DNA from: Mustelus asterias
Lineage: Eukaryota
Assembly: GCF_964213995.1 (NCBI RefSeq)
Contig: NC_135830.1
Span: 8,804,001-8,868,000, forward strand
Direction: 5' to 3'
DNA: 64,000 nt
Shown: positions 50,260 through 63,035 of the stretch, piece after piece
How the letters are laid out: the number at the start of each line of letters is the position of its first letter
Numbering within the stretch: the stretch's first letter is position 1
Notes under the pieces: generated by a model
What the model saw: only the letters and a program-made list of their open reading frames with translations
What the model was told of the DNA's origin: nothing
Database searches by the model: none
Made by a program: the position numbers and the translations under genes

Positions 50260-50900
50260 GGCCAACTGCCCCATCAAAAATTCACAGGACAGGAGTAACA
50301 TGGGGTTAGCTGTAAAGTTCCCCCATGCATTGCCAAATTTAACACTCCCAAGTCAGGAATAGCATGATTTAGATACAAAGTGAACCTCCCTCTCACTATC
50401 AAAATAAAACATTCCTGGAAAAGCGAGACTGTCTAGAAACAGAGTGAAACTCCGTCAACAAAGTCTGCTCAAACACAATGAAGGCATACAGACCAGGGAA
50501 TCTCTTCTCGGTAAAACCACTTCTGCATTTTTCCTTCAGAGAATCGGGAGGCAAGTTTGAATTGGTGTTCGGTAGAGGGGGAAGATCCCGCGACACAGTC
50601 CCATAAAATACACCCAGGTCAGGTACAGCAGAGATTAGATACGGATTAAATCTCCCTTTACAAGTAATATCAAACATTCAAAGGGCAGGTACGTGAGTTT
50701 AGATGTAGGTTAAATATTCCTCTACACTGTCCAGTCAAACAGTCCAAGGGCAGGGATAAATACAGGGAAAATTTCTTTGGTACTGCCACATCGAATCCTT
50801 GTTACGAGGTACAATACAGGTTAGATACAGAGGAAAATGTATAAAATATCCCAAAATCATAGATGCTCAAGAGATCTTTTAGAGTAAATCTCCCTCATGG
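50260..50900. repeat. Degenerate ~65-bp tandem repeat
   Basis: Recurring 'ttagataca.ag..aa..tccct.ta.actgtcc..tcaaaca.tccca.g.caggtac'. Confidence 0.65.
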
Positions 50901-51719
50901 ATTCCAATTCATTGTGTTGCATTCCTTACAACTCCGGCTGAGAGAATACATTGGGCAACATTGAATTCAGATTGTGGAGGGAAGACGATGAACTATCGTG
51001 AAGAGACAAGACACAGAACCAGAAGGAGAAAGACAGAGAGAGAGAGATGAAACACAGGGAATTTCCACGAACACATTTGCCGTGTTATCACATTTCGGGA
51101 TCAAAGGGATTCTTTGCTAATTCTGAACATAGATATTGTCATGTTTTTTTTCTTCATATAATTGATGAATAACTAATGTATAAAAACAATCATTTCTGGA
51201 ATCCGTTGATCGATTTGCATGTTTGTCTCTATTTCTGTGCTGTGTTGGTGGGGAAATATTTGTTGTGTTTTCGTCAGTCAACAATCTAATCTGGGATTTC
51301 TATTTCTGTGTTTATTTACATAAGCACCTCACTGTTTCCAATGAAATGTTAATGGCAGCAAAAACAGATAAACCGTCACTTATTCATTCGTTTCAACTCA
51401 AAATAGCGGTTATTTTAAGAATATTAACAGTTGGTTCAAAAAGAATAGAAATCTTTTTAACATACATTACACCAGATGCTATTTAATTAAATGAATAAAT
51501 ACATTCTATTTAAGAATTTGTTCTGAAAGTTCTGATGTCACAATAAATAAAGTATCTGTGAACAGGCTGGTATTCCATTGAATGTTAATTTGATTGATGA
51601 TCTAAATTGCTTCAACTCGACAAGTTAAAACAAAGAGAACTGATGTGTGAAATATTCCTGTCATAATTAGTGATCAGACTCACACGAGGGAAGAATAAAA
51701 AATCCAGTGTGGTTATTAC

Positions 51720-52200
51720 TAAGTGATACAAGTAGCATTGCTGCCTCACAGTGACAGGGAAGCGGGTTCGATTCCAACCTTGGGTGACTGTGTGTGGTTT
51801 TTCACATTCTACCATGTCCATGTGAGTTTCCTCCGGTGCTCCGGTTTCCTTCCACAGTCCAAGGATGTACGGGTTAGGTGGATTGGTACGATAAATTGCT
51901 CCTTTGTGTCCAAGGATGAGCAACGTAGAATCACAGAATCCCTACAGTGCAGAAGGAGACCATCGCTTCATCAAGTCTGAACCAGCTGTCCAGCAGGGCA
52001 TCATTCCCAGGCCCAAGGTGGATTGGCGATTCTAAATTGCCCCTTAGTGTGCAACGATGTGTAGGTTAGAGACATTAGCCTCTGAATATGTGAGGTTGTC
52101 GGGATAGGGTGAAGGCTGGGCCTGGATAGGATGCTCTGCTGGAGAGCAGCTGCAGACTTGATGGACCGAATGGCCTGCACTGGATTCTATGATTCTATGC
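51720..52200 (+). mobile_element. HE1-like SINE, composite with internal inverted tail piece
   Basis: Head/body 51720-51925, reverse tail fragment 51926-52010, body resumes at 52016 and ends gattctatgattctatg. Confidence 0.7.
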
Positions 52201-52884
52201 TGCTATGATCAGCAGAGGAATGAATATATTCGCATTAGTCTCTCAGCACTTCCAACGTATTACAACTTTCATTTTGGTAGAGCTTACATTTATAGAACCC
52301 TTTACCCGACCTCATGTAGTCCCAAAGTTCTTAAAACTCACTGATGTACCTTTGCTGAATTTAGTCACTGCTATCATGTTGCAAATACAACAGGTAATGT
52401 ACGTACAACAAACTCCCACAAACCGAGATGTGATAAATTCCAGTAAATTTGTGATTTTGTTTGAAGAATCAGTATTAAGGTAGGATATTGGGGAGAACAG
52501 CCTTGCTCTTTAGAATTATATCAATGAGATTTTGCATCCTGGCATCGATTTTAAATGTGAATCTGGTTCTCTATCTGCTGATGCACACTGACCTGCTGAG
52601 TAGCATTTGTGTTACTTTAGTTTTAGATTTCCAGAATCGGCAGCACTTTACACTGTTGTTATTGATCCTCTGGATGTGAGCATCACTGACAAAGCCAACA
52701 TTTAGTTGTCCCTGCTGAGAAGGCAGTTGTGAACCAGCTTGTTGAAACCTGCCCTCTGGATGATTTTATTATTTGTTTTTCCAAAGCAGCTTTGACACAA
52801 CTGGATGGCCTGCCCGGCAATTTCAGTAGTGGCTAAGAGTCATTTTCATCATAGTTGAATTGGAGTCTATGCAGAACAGACAGG

Positions 52885-53416
52885 GTAAAGATAGGAATCT
52901 TCGGTTTTCAGTTATTTCCAAAGAGACGATTTCGTTTGAAGTATAAAAGCAAATTACTGCGGATTCTGGAATTGAAACCAAAAGAGAAAATGTTGGAAAA
53001 TCTCAGCAGGCCTGGCAATATCTGTGAGGAGAGAAAATAGCTGACATATCGAATCCAGATGACCTTTTGACAAAGTTTTGACAAAGGGTCATCTTTAATC
53101 GAAAAGTAAGCTCTTCTCTCTCCTTACAGGTGCTGCCGGACTTGCTGAGATTTTCCAGCATTTTCTCTTTACTTTGTTTGAAGTGTCATCGGGTGGAGTA
53201 AATTGATTCTGAATCCTGGGGCGGAGGAATTGCAGGCTGACCCAAGACTATCGTACTGAAGAAGACACTGTAAACACTGTTCAGGGACCTGTCGGACCCA
53301 GACCATTCAGTTACTGCCAACATTGAACGCGTTGGCTTTGCAGGTCAGTCTCAAAGAGTTTCAGGGACGCCCAGTTTCTGCCTCTCGCTGACTCAACACA
53401 ACCTCCGATTCGACAC
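52885..53416 (-). pseudogene. IGHV: Second VH, pseudogene, interrupted by a 230-bp insertion
   Basis: Minus strand translates GVESEVVLSQREAETGRP*NSLRLTCKANAFNVGSN*MVWVRQVPEQCLQCLLQY...APG, frameshift, QNQFTPPDDTSN, insertion, then degenerate IVSLEI...LKTEDS. Splice acceptor mutated (TACAA); no RSS found. Confidence 0.9.
52943..53172. mobile_element. Palindromic Penelope-type insertion within pseudo-VH FR3, 12-bp TSD
   Basis: Inverted arms (agagaaaatgttggaaaatctcagcagg / cttgctgagattttccagcattttctct); TSD ttcgtttgaagt (52931-42) and tttgtttgaagt (53173-84). Confidence 0.8.
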
Positions 53417-53439
53417 TTGTAAAAATATCTAAAATCCTA

Positions 53440-53760
53440 TGAAAATAAAACGCCACGCACTCCGGACATACTCGCTCACCTTTTTCCATCGGGAACAAGA
53501 TACAAAAGTCTGAGGACGCGTATAAACCGACTCAAAAAGAATTTCTCTCCTGCTGCAATCGGACGTTTGAATGGACCTACGTCGCATTAAGTTCATCTTT
53601 CTCTACACCCCAGCTATGACTGCAAAATTACATTATTCACTCTCTCCCTTCCTTCCCTATATACGTTATGCTCTGACTGTATCGTGAGCAAGAAACAATA
53701 ATTTGCACTGTGCACTAATATGTGCGATAATAATAAGTCAAATGAAATCAAATGAAATAT
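53440..53760 (+). mobile_element. LINE 3' fragment (Rex1/Babar-like) in the pseudo-VH leader intron
   Basis: 'tccatcgggaacaagatacaaaagtctgaggacgcgtataaaccgactcaaaaagaatttctctcctgctgcaatcggacgtttgaat' resembles PSGxRYKSLRTRxNRLKxxFxPAAIxxLN; ends in (aaatc/g)n. Confidence 0.6.
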
Positions 53761-54164
53761 ATCAAAAGCACCAAGGATTATTCCTGGTGAATTGATTGCT
53801 GGCAATGGAACATTCCAGAGACAGACTAACACCGAGGGAGGAACAGTGAAATCCATTGTCATGTCTCTGCTCGTCCAAGAGTGAAATTGCATTCGAGCAT
53901 CTGTTAGAAAAAATAAACAATTTCATTGTAAATTAAGTGCCTTTATTTCGTCACCCCTTCACAAGGGAATGGACATACACAGATGACATTACCTTATCAG
54001 GGTAAAGATGTCAGTCTGATTTGCAATAATTCTGTGTCTCTAACACTTTACAGCGAAATATAATTCATTCGAAGAATTATTATCGATTTATGTAACTTAA
54101 TGCTGGGATGATTGTGTTTCAGGTGTGGATAGCTATCATTGTAATTTGGGACTGGATATAAGAA

Positions 54165-54780
54165 GTAGGGAAGCAGTGGCCTCGCGTTATTATCGCTAGA
54201 CAATTAATCCACAAACTCAACTAATGTTCTCAGGACCCGGCTTCGAATCTCGCCATGGCAGATGGTGGAATTTAAATTCATTAAAAACGTCTGGAATTAA
54301 GAATCTACTTATGACCATGACATAATTGTCGATTGTGTAAAAACCTATCGGGTTCATTAATGTCCTTTCAAGCAGGAAATATGCCGTCCTTACCTCGTCT
54401 GGCTGACATGTGATTGCAGAGCCACAGCAATGTGTTTAGCTCTCAACTGCCCTCGACAATGAGTGGGCAATAAATATTGATCAGCCAGCGGCACCCATAT
54501 CCATAGAATCCCTGCAGTGCATTAGGAGCATATCGAGCCCACACCGACAACGCTCCCACCCAGGCCCTATTCCCATCCCTGCTAATTCACTTGATTCTAT
54601 GGGACAATTCATCATCGCCAAACAACCTAATTGGCATATCTTTGGACAATGGGAGTAAACAGGCAGACAATTGGAGAATGTGCAGACTACACACAGACAG
54701 TGACCCATTCCGGGAATTGAACCACGGTCCCTGATGCTGTGAAGCAGCAATGGTAACCACTATGCCACCGTGCCGCCCAC
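54165..54780. mobile_element. Deu-type SINE (+, 54165-54500) followed by HE1-like SINE (-, 54500-54780)
   Basis: Both match the families above; both are absent from duplication copy A. Confidence 0.7.
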
Positions 54781-56611
54781 GAATAAATTAACAAAATAAA
54801 CTCCTTATCTGATACAATGTTACACCTTATATTTCCCCAACAGCTCCTTAACCCTGTGAAAATTAACGGTGAAAGGAAACTTCTTGACTTACAATTAAGC
54901 ATTGAGTTGACAGAGAAACAGAAATTGACATTGACTTTTGACAAAGAAGCTAATGAATTAGAACGGACACGGCAATCAGGAAAGTTCTCCTTCAGCATCC
55001 AAATCATGACAGTTCATTTTATTGGCGAGCAGCTGGTATTGGGAACACAGGACATCAGGACTTTGCGGCATAATGCACAATATCACAAGAATAAATATTT
55101 TATCTTTCACTGAACCAGGTTATGAACTGGTCATTTCGTCACTCATTGGCAGTTATGAGAGGGACTGTTAAATAATCGAAACCAGATTATGCTGGACAAC
55201 AGAACACGTTGTACATCAGGTATAAGTTTTTAATGAGGAGCAGAACATTGAGAATTTTCCAGAAATCCCCGCTGTTCAAGGTAGATATATGATTTTCTTT
55301 TACTTTTAATTATTTTCATTTTTGTGCCTTTACACTGACCTCATTGGACTGAGGGATTGGGGACATCAACATATTTTTCCTGCACTTCATGAAGTTGTTC
55401 ATAAAGAGGCTTTAATTGTTGGAAGGACATTTCTTTGGAAGCTATACAAATGAAATAGCATCAAGTCAATTGGCTAGTTTCCGATACTTTTTAATCACAG
55501 AATGAAAAGTGCATTCATTTAAAATATTTGCTTAGAAGAAAAACCATTTAAAATGTGCCTTCCTTTTGGGAATAAAACATTTATTGTATAACTGACGAAG
55601 TCCCATGTTATCCTTACAGATTCACGTTAATCTGTCCTACGCAGTATTTGGCAACTGTCCAGGCTGCTGCCAAATACCCAAAAATATTGACAGGAAGCAT
55701 CTGAGGGTGTTTGTTCAGTAAATCAAAAACCTGTTTCCTCAGTACTGAACACTTGGCTGCAAGCCAACCTCAAACTCTCAGCATTGTCAATGGGGCCTAT
55801 TTATAAACAAATCTACCCAGCAACAGTACTGGAGGCAATTTAATTATTTTTAAGTTGCAAACATCTATGAATGTTTCCCATTTCTTCGGAAAAGAAAGTA
55901 TTCAGCTTCTCCGGCACCTTGTTAGCAACAATGATGATCTCTCCAACACAACAAAACATTGATGGATGGATATAAAAACAAATACCGGCAGATTATGAGA
56001 TTGATTCAGAGAGGTGATATATTTTATACTAGATAAACATGTATGCTTGTGTTTTCTTTCACTTTATTCTTCCATGGGACGTGAGAATCTCTGGAAAGGC
56101 CAACATTTATTCCCTTTCCCTAATTTCTCTTGAACTGAGTGGTATGCTAGGGCATCTCAGAAGGCATTGCCCAGTTAGTTATATTGCTGTCCGTCTGCAG
56201 TCACATCCTGATGAGACCAGGTAGGGATGGCAGATTTCCTTCATTGGGGAATCAGAGAGGTTTATCTGGTCGCTGTCAGTATGTATTCCAGATTTATTGA
56301 TTGAATTCAAATTCCACCAGCTGCCAGGGTCGGATTTAATCTCGTGTCTCCACATCATTGGCCTGGGCTTCTGGATTACTGGTACACTGGCATTAAGATT
56401 ACGCCACCATCTACCCAACAATAAAGGAATACTTGCGTTGATGCAGGGATGAACGATAGTTGGATGCCTGAATGTTTTGATTGAGGAATCAGTGAGTGGA
56501 TGGATGGATCTGACGATAGCTTGTCCTAAAATTTGCTGTTCTACATGCACAAATTTGTGATTTACTACTTCAAAAATCGAAGCAGGTCCTTTATTCCAAG
56601 TGTGTCAGTAT

Positions 56612-58600
56612 ATAAGACCATAAGTCCATAAAACATAAGACATAGGAGCAAAATGAGGCCACTCGGTCCATCGAGTCTGCTCCGCCATTCAATCATGGCT
56701 GACATTTTTCTCATCCACATTCTCTTGCCTTTTCCCCATAAGCACTGATCCTCTTATTAATCACAAACCCATCTATCTTTGTCTTAAAAACATCCAATGA
56801 CCTCGCCTCCACAGCCTTCTGCGGCAAGAGATCCACAAATTTACCACACTCTGGCTGAAGAAATTCCTCCTCATCTCTGTTTTCAAGGATCGTCCCTTTA
56901 GTCTGAGGTTATGCCCTCTGGTTCTAGTTTTTCCTACGAGTGGAAACATCCTCTCCACGCCCACTCTATCCAGGCGTCGCAGTAGCCTGAAAGTTTCAAT
57001 AAGATCTCCCCTCATCCTTCAAAACTCCAACGAGTACAGATCCAGAGGACTCAACCGTTCCTCATACAGCAAGCGCTTCATTCCAGGAATCATTCTTGTG
57101 AAACTCCACTGGACCCTTTCCATGGCCAGCACATCCTTCCTTAGATATGGGGCCCAAGACTCACAATACTCCAATTGGGTCTGACCAGAGCCTTGTACAG
57201 CCTCAGAAGTACATCCCTGCTCTTGTATTCTAGCCCTCTCGACATGAATGCAAACATTGCATTTGCCTTCCTGAACCTGCACTTTAACCTTAAGAGAATC
57301 TTGAACAATGACTCCCAAGTCCCTTCGTATTTTTGATTTCCTCAGCATTTTCCCATTTAGAAAATAGTCTATGCCTCCATTCCTCCTTCCAAGCGCGTAA
57401 CCTCACACTTTCCCAAATTGTATTCCAGCTGCCACATCTTTGCCGACTCTGCTAACCTGTCCAAGCCCTTCTGCAGCCCCCCTGCTTACTCAATATTACC
57501 TGTCCCTCTACATGTCTTTGTATCGTCTGCAAACTTAGCAACAGTATCTTCAGTTCTTTCCTCCAAATCGCTAATGCATACTGTGAAAAGTTGTGGTCCC
57601 AGCACTGACCCCTGAGGCACACCACTAGTCACCGGCTGCCATCCTGAGAAAGACCCCTTTTTTCCCACTCTCTGCCTTCTGCCAATCAACCAATCCTCTA
57701 TCCATGCCAGGATCTTACCCTTAACACCATGGGCATTTAACTTATTTAACAGTCTCCTTTTCGGCACCTTGTCAAAGGCCTTCTGGAAATCTAAATAAAT
57801 CATGTCCACTGGCTCTCATTTATCTAACTTCCTTGTTACCTCCTCCAAGAACTCTAACAGATTTGTCAGATATTACCTCCCCTTCACAAAACTGTGCTGA
57901 CTCATTCCTACTTTATCATGCACTTCCATGTACTCTGCGGTCTCATCTTTGATAATGGAATTTAAAGTCTTGCCAATGACCGAAGTCAGGCTAACCGGCC
58001 TATAGTTTCTCGTCTGCTGCCTCCCTCCCATCTTAAACAGTGGTGCTGCATTCGCTACTTTCCAGTCCTCTGGTACATTCCCTGCCTCCAGTGATTTCTG
58101 AAAGACCACCACCAATGCTTCCACAATTTCCTCAGTTATCTCTTTTAGAACCCTGCGGTGTAGTCCTTCCGGTCCAGGTGATTTATCCATCTTCAGACCT
58201 TTCAATTTACCCAGAATCTTCTCCTTAGTGATGGTCACTACAGTCACCTGTGCCCCCTGACTCTCCTGGAGCTCTGGCATTCCACTGGTGTCTTCCACCG
58301 TGAAGACTGATGCAAAGTAACTATTCAGTTCCTCTGCCATTGCTTTGTTTCCTGTTATTACTTCTCCAGTCTAATTTTCCAGTGGTCCAATGGCAATTTT
58401 TGCATCTTTCTTACCTTTTTTTTATATTGAAAAAAACTCTCCCTGTCTTATTTCATATTACTACCTAGCTTACACTCATATTTCATCTTCTCCCCCTTAT
58501 TGCTTTTTTAGTTGTCCTCTGCTTGCTTTGAAATGCGTCCCAATCCTCTGGCTTCCCACTAATCTTTGCCGCTTTGTATGCTTTAACTTTTGCTTTAATG
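56612..58600 (-). mobile_element. 5'-truncated CR1 LINE, fragmented RT
   Basis: ORFs 57873-58340, 57486-57809 (KFADDTK), 57019-57348 and 56773-57015; (cataaga)n-like tail at 56612-56645. Confidence 0.9.
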
Positions 58601-58714
58601 CTGTGCTGCAAAATTTAGTCCTTCCAGATTTTCTCGGTGAATTCAATCCGCGAGATATCGGGAACAAATGAACGAAGAGCAGTCTGATTTTTTTTTCCAT
58701 CTGCTGATGGTGAC

Positions 58715-59290
58715 TAGAGTCATAGAGTCATAGAGGTTGAGAGCATGGACACAAGCATTTCGGCCCAACTTGTCCATGCCGTCCTTTTTATTAACCACTA
58801 AGCTTATCCCAATTTCCCGCGTTTGGCCCATAACCCTCTGTACCCATCCTACCCATGTAACTGTCTAAACCCTTTTTAAAAGACAAAATTGTACCCTCCT
58901 CTACCACTACCTCTGGCAGCCTGTTCCAGACACTTGCCACACTCTGTGTGAAACAATATCCCCTCTGAACCATTTTGTATCTCTCCACTCTCATCTTAAA
59001 CCTATGCCCTCTCGTTTTAGACTCCTCTACCATTGGGAAAATATATTGACTATCGAGCTGATCTATGCACCTCATTATTTTATAGACAGCGATAAGATCC
59101 CCCCAAGCCTCCTACGCTCCGGAGAAAAATTCCCAGTCTATCCAGCCCCTTCCTACAACTCAAACCAACAAGGCCTCGTCGCATTCCAGTAAAACTTTTC
59201 TGCACTCTTTCTAGTTTAATAATATCCGTTCTATAATAGGGTGACCAGAACTGTACACAGCATTCCAAGTGTAGCCTCACCGATGTCTTC
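58715..59290 (-). mobile_element. CR1 LINE 3' fragment
   Basis: RLHLECCVQFWSPYYR...; close relative of 11199-11825; (catagagt)n tail. Confidence 0.85.
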
Positions 59291-59519
59291 AAAATCTTCA
59301 AATCCAAGATGGAAAGAGGGATTAGGTTGAGGGGGGAGGATTGTAATATTTGGAACATGTGGCCCTTTATAGTGCAACAAATCACTCAACATATCACCTA
59401 TGTGAAGGTAACAGGCTAAACAGGTAACAGGCTATGTGAAGGTAACAGGCTAAAAAAATAATGAGGCTCACTGGACAGAGTCAAGTGGTAAATGACTTTC
59501 CAGTACGGTGTAAGTGTGC

Positions 59520-59830
59520 AAGGGCGGCAAAGTGTCATATTGGTTAGCCCTGCTGCCTCACAACGCCAGGGACCCGGGTTCAATTCCGTCCTCAGGTCAC
59601 TGTCTGTGTGGAGTTTGCAGTTTCTCTCCTTGTCTGTGTGGATTTCCTCCGGGTACTCTCGTATCCTCCTGCAGTCCGAACATGTGCAGGTGAGGTTGAT
59701 TGGCCATGCTGAATTAACCCTTGTGTCAGGGGTATTAGTGGGGTTAATATGAGGGCCTGGGTAGGATTGAGGTCACTCCAGACTCGATGGGCCCAATGGT
59801 CTCATTCTGCACTGTAGATTCTTTGTCTAT
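59520..59830 (+). mobile_element. HE1-like SINE
   Basis: gggcggc...tggttagccctgctgcctcac...gggttcaattcc...ctgcactgtagattc. Confidence 0.8.
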
Positions 59831-60239
59831 GAATAATTAATCTGGATCTTAAGTTTCTATACCGTCACATTAGATATTCTAAATTATCTTTAACTTTAGA
59901 TACAGGTACTTTCAGTTATACAGTCACTTTAAAAATGGTTACACACTCCAGTTATATATCAGGGGTTTATGTGTGATGATGAGGTGATTACGTGTCAATA
60001 AAGCGCAGAGGCTGCTGGGTAGCTGCTCATTATCCTCGGTCTGATTTAATTCAGCTTCCCGCTGAATTCTGGGACAGATTTGATTCTTTGGTGACAGAAA
60101 GGCCAACGTGACCTCAATAAATTTGAATCTCAATAAACTACAATAAATAAACTGCAATTATATTTGTACCAAATAAAATGCTGAAAATAATTTGCGAAAT
60201 ATTTATTTATTTTTGTGATTTGGAGATTATTAGTAATAT

Positions 60240-60975
60240 GAGCGCCAGGCAATGACCATCTCCAAAAAGAGAGAATCTACCCATTGCTCCTTGTCACTCA
60301 ATGATATTACGATACTGAATCACCCACTATAAGCATCGTCGGGGTTACCATTGGCTAATCACTGAATTAACTAGATATATAAATGCTCCAGCTGGAATAT
60401 CAGGTCAGCTTGCTGTGAGTAATTCACATCCTGACTCCCCAAATCTGTCCACCACCTATAAAACAACAACTCACGAGTGTAATAGGGTTCTCTCCACTTG
60501 CTTGAATGAGTGCAGCTCAAACAACATCCAAGAAGCTTTATAGCATTCAGGAAAACGCAGGTGGCTTGACTGGCATAGCATTTGCAAATGCTCACTCCCT
60601 CCACCACCGACAAACAACAGCAGCATTATACACCATCTACAAGTTTCACTTCAGGAACTCACCAAGACTCCTTAGGCAACACCTTCCAACCACAGGACTG
60701 TTACCATTTGGAAGAACAGGGGTAAGAGTTACCTGGGAATATCACCTGTAAATTCCACTCCAAGTCAGTCATATAACTGACTTAGAAAAATATCGCCTTT
60801 CTTTCACTGTTGCTCGATTGAAATCCTGGAACACCCTCTGTAACAGCACTGTGTGAGTACATACACCACAGGCTTCGCAGCAATTCACCAAGTTAGCTCA
60901 CCACCAGCTTACTAAGGGCAATTAGGGATAGGCAACAAATGTTGACCTAGCCAGCAACGATCACATCCCTTAAAT
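60240..60975 (+). mobile_element. Decayed LINE 3' portion (same family as 32630)
   Basis: 'ccaggcaatgaccatctcc...actcaccaagactccttag...aagggcaattagggataggcaacaaatg'. Confidence 0.65.
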
Positions 60976-62219
60976 TAAAACGTAAATATATTAATGTTTA
61001 TGAATGGTTGATAACTGGTGAACAAAAGTATGCAACTTTGTGAATGGATGGCAATTGGTGAAAATAAATACCAACTTTATGAACATTTATGACCTTCTCT
61101 TTCTTAATGGAAGATAGGATGCGCTCCACAGGAGATGCATGATTCAAAAGCACAACACTACCAGGAAACAAAGCCGCCAGAGGACACTGCAACAACTACA
61201 GATATATATACATCATTGCCAGTGACACATCTGAAAACATTCATCTGTTTGAAGATCCGGATTATCATGAAGCACAATGTTGTGTTTTTAATGGAAGATT
61301 GACTCTGGAAAATATCTGCTTTATATGCCCTATGTACTTATCTTTACCTTCGTCAATCTCATCAAGACATTCAACACCGGTAGCAGAGCAGGGACTACCA
61401 TATTTGGGAAAAAGTCGCTCTCCATCAAAACTCCTCAGTCTCATTCATGACACAGAAAACGACAACATTAAACCACAATTGGTAGTTTCATGGGCAGCAC
61501 TTGTAACAGAGCCAACCTCTCAAAAATTGTCCTTCTCAGTCATCAACAAAGGTGACATTTGAAAAAGAAAGCATTCTGAAATTGATGTGTTTACTCTGCG
61601 TCTATTTTTTTATTTTAAATGGAAGGACGCCGGTTATCATTGTGAAATTGATTTGTAAACAATATGACGTTTTTCAGACAACGCACACACTCACACACAC
61701 AGACACACACACACACATTTTCCTTCAACTTAAGACTCCATCTTTGCTTCCTGGGGGCTTAAGAGACAATTACCCCAACTATCTTTCAGATGGAATGAAG
61801 AACAAATACATTTTCCCCAGCACCATGTTTGCTGAACTGAACATTAAAGGCCCCATTGTCTCCAACAGCGCCCTGGTCAGCATTCCTCCTTCTAACCAAA
61901 ATGAACAAACATACATTACCATGGATTGAGGCATTATGCTCTGATGCTGACCTGGCATCATAGGAACAGAGGAGCAGAAGTTCCCCTCCAAGCCACTCAC
62001 CATCCTGACTTGGAAATATGTCGCCGTTCCTTCACAATCGCTGAGTCAAAATCCTTAAATTTCCTCCCTAACGGCATTGTGGGTCTACTCACAGAACATG
62101 TACTGCAGCGATTCAAGAAGGCAACTCACCATAACCTGCTCAAGGGCAAGTAGGTATGGGGAATAAATGTTGACCAGCCAGCGACGCCCATGTCCCAAGC
62201 ATGAATAAAAAAAGCAGAC

Positions 62220-63035
62220 GCATGCCATTCAGCTTCTCGAACTCGCCCCCCATTCATAAGATCATCGCTGATCTGTGGCCAAACCCTATGTACCTGCCCT
62301 TGGCCCATATCCCTTGATACCCCTGTTCAATAAAAAAAACGATCTCAGACATAAATCTAACAATTGAACCAGCACCCACTGGCCTTTGCGGAAGAGAGTT
62401 CCAAAAGTCCACCACTCTCTGTGTGCAGAAATACTTTCTATCAACTCTCCTGAACGGCTTGGCCCTGTTTTTTTTAAATTATGGCCCTTTATTCTAGAGC
62501 CTTCAACTTATTGATCCGCCCGATCCTTCCCGTAAATATTTTGTAGATTTTTGTCAGAACACCCCTCAACCTTCTGAATTCGAGAGGAAAAGTCCCAATT
62601 TGTCTAATTTCTCCTCGCAACTTAACCCCTAAAGGCCAGGTCTAATTCTTGTGAACCTGCGTTCAACTCCCTCCAGGACCAAAATCTTTGCAAAGGTGTG
62701 CTGCCCAAACCTGTGCACAGTACTCCAGGTGGGCTCTAACCAGGATTTTGCATAATTGCAGCATAACATCTGCATCGCTATACTCCAGTCCTGTAGATAC
62801 AAAGGCCAGAATTCCGTTGACCTGCTTGACTATTTTCTGCATCAGTTCGTGTCATTTTAAGAAGCTATTCACTTGAACACCCAAATCTCGCTGGGCATCC
62901 ACTAAATTTTACTTTGTGCCTTTTAAAAACTACCTTGATCTATCATTTGGATTATTTGACTTTTTGTGGCATTATCTAAGCCGTTATGAATATTGTAAAT
63001 AATTGAGACCTCAAGACAGATTCCTGCGGGACACA
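62220..63035 (-). mobile_element. Old CR1 3' fragment
   Basis: 'tgctgcccaaacctgtgcacagtactccaggtgggctctaacc' is the reverse of a VRAHLEYCAQVWAA motif. Confidence 0.7.

Larger units (their letters stand above)
53755..61720. repeat. Segmental duplication copy B (pseudo-VH intron remnant + upstream flank)
   Basis: 53755-53848 matches VH intron 38892-38985; from 53850 it matches 39335 onward, collinearly to the (CA)n at 47520/61700. Confidence 0.85.

Noticed and set aside
51077-51100. tgccgtg-ttat-cacattt as a relic D segment of the pseudo-VH
   Set aside because: Heptamers are poor, there are no nonamers at 12 or 23 nt, and no flank homology to the D1/D2 region is visible.
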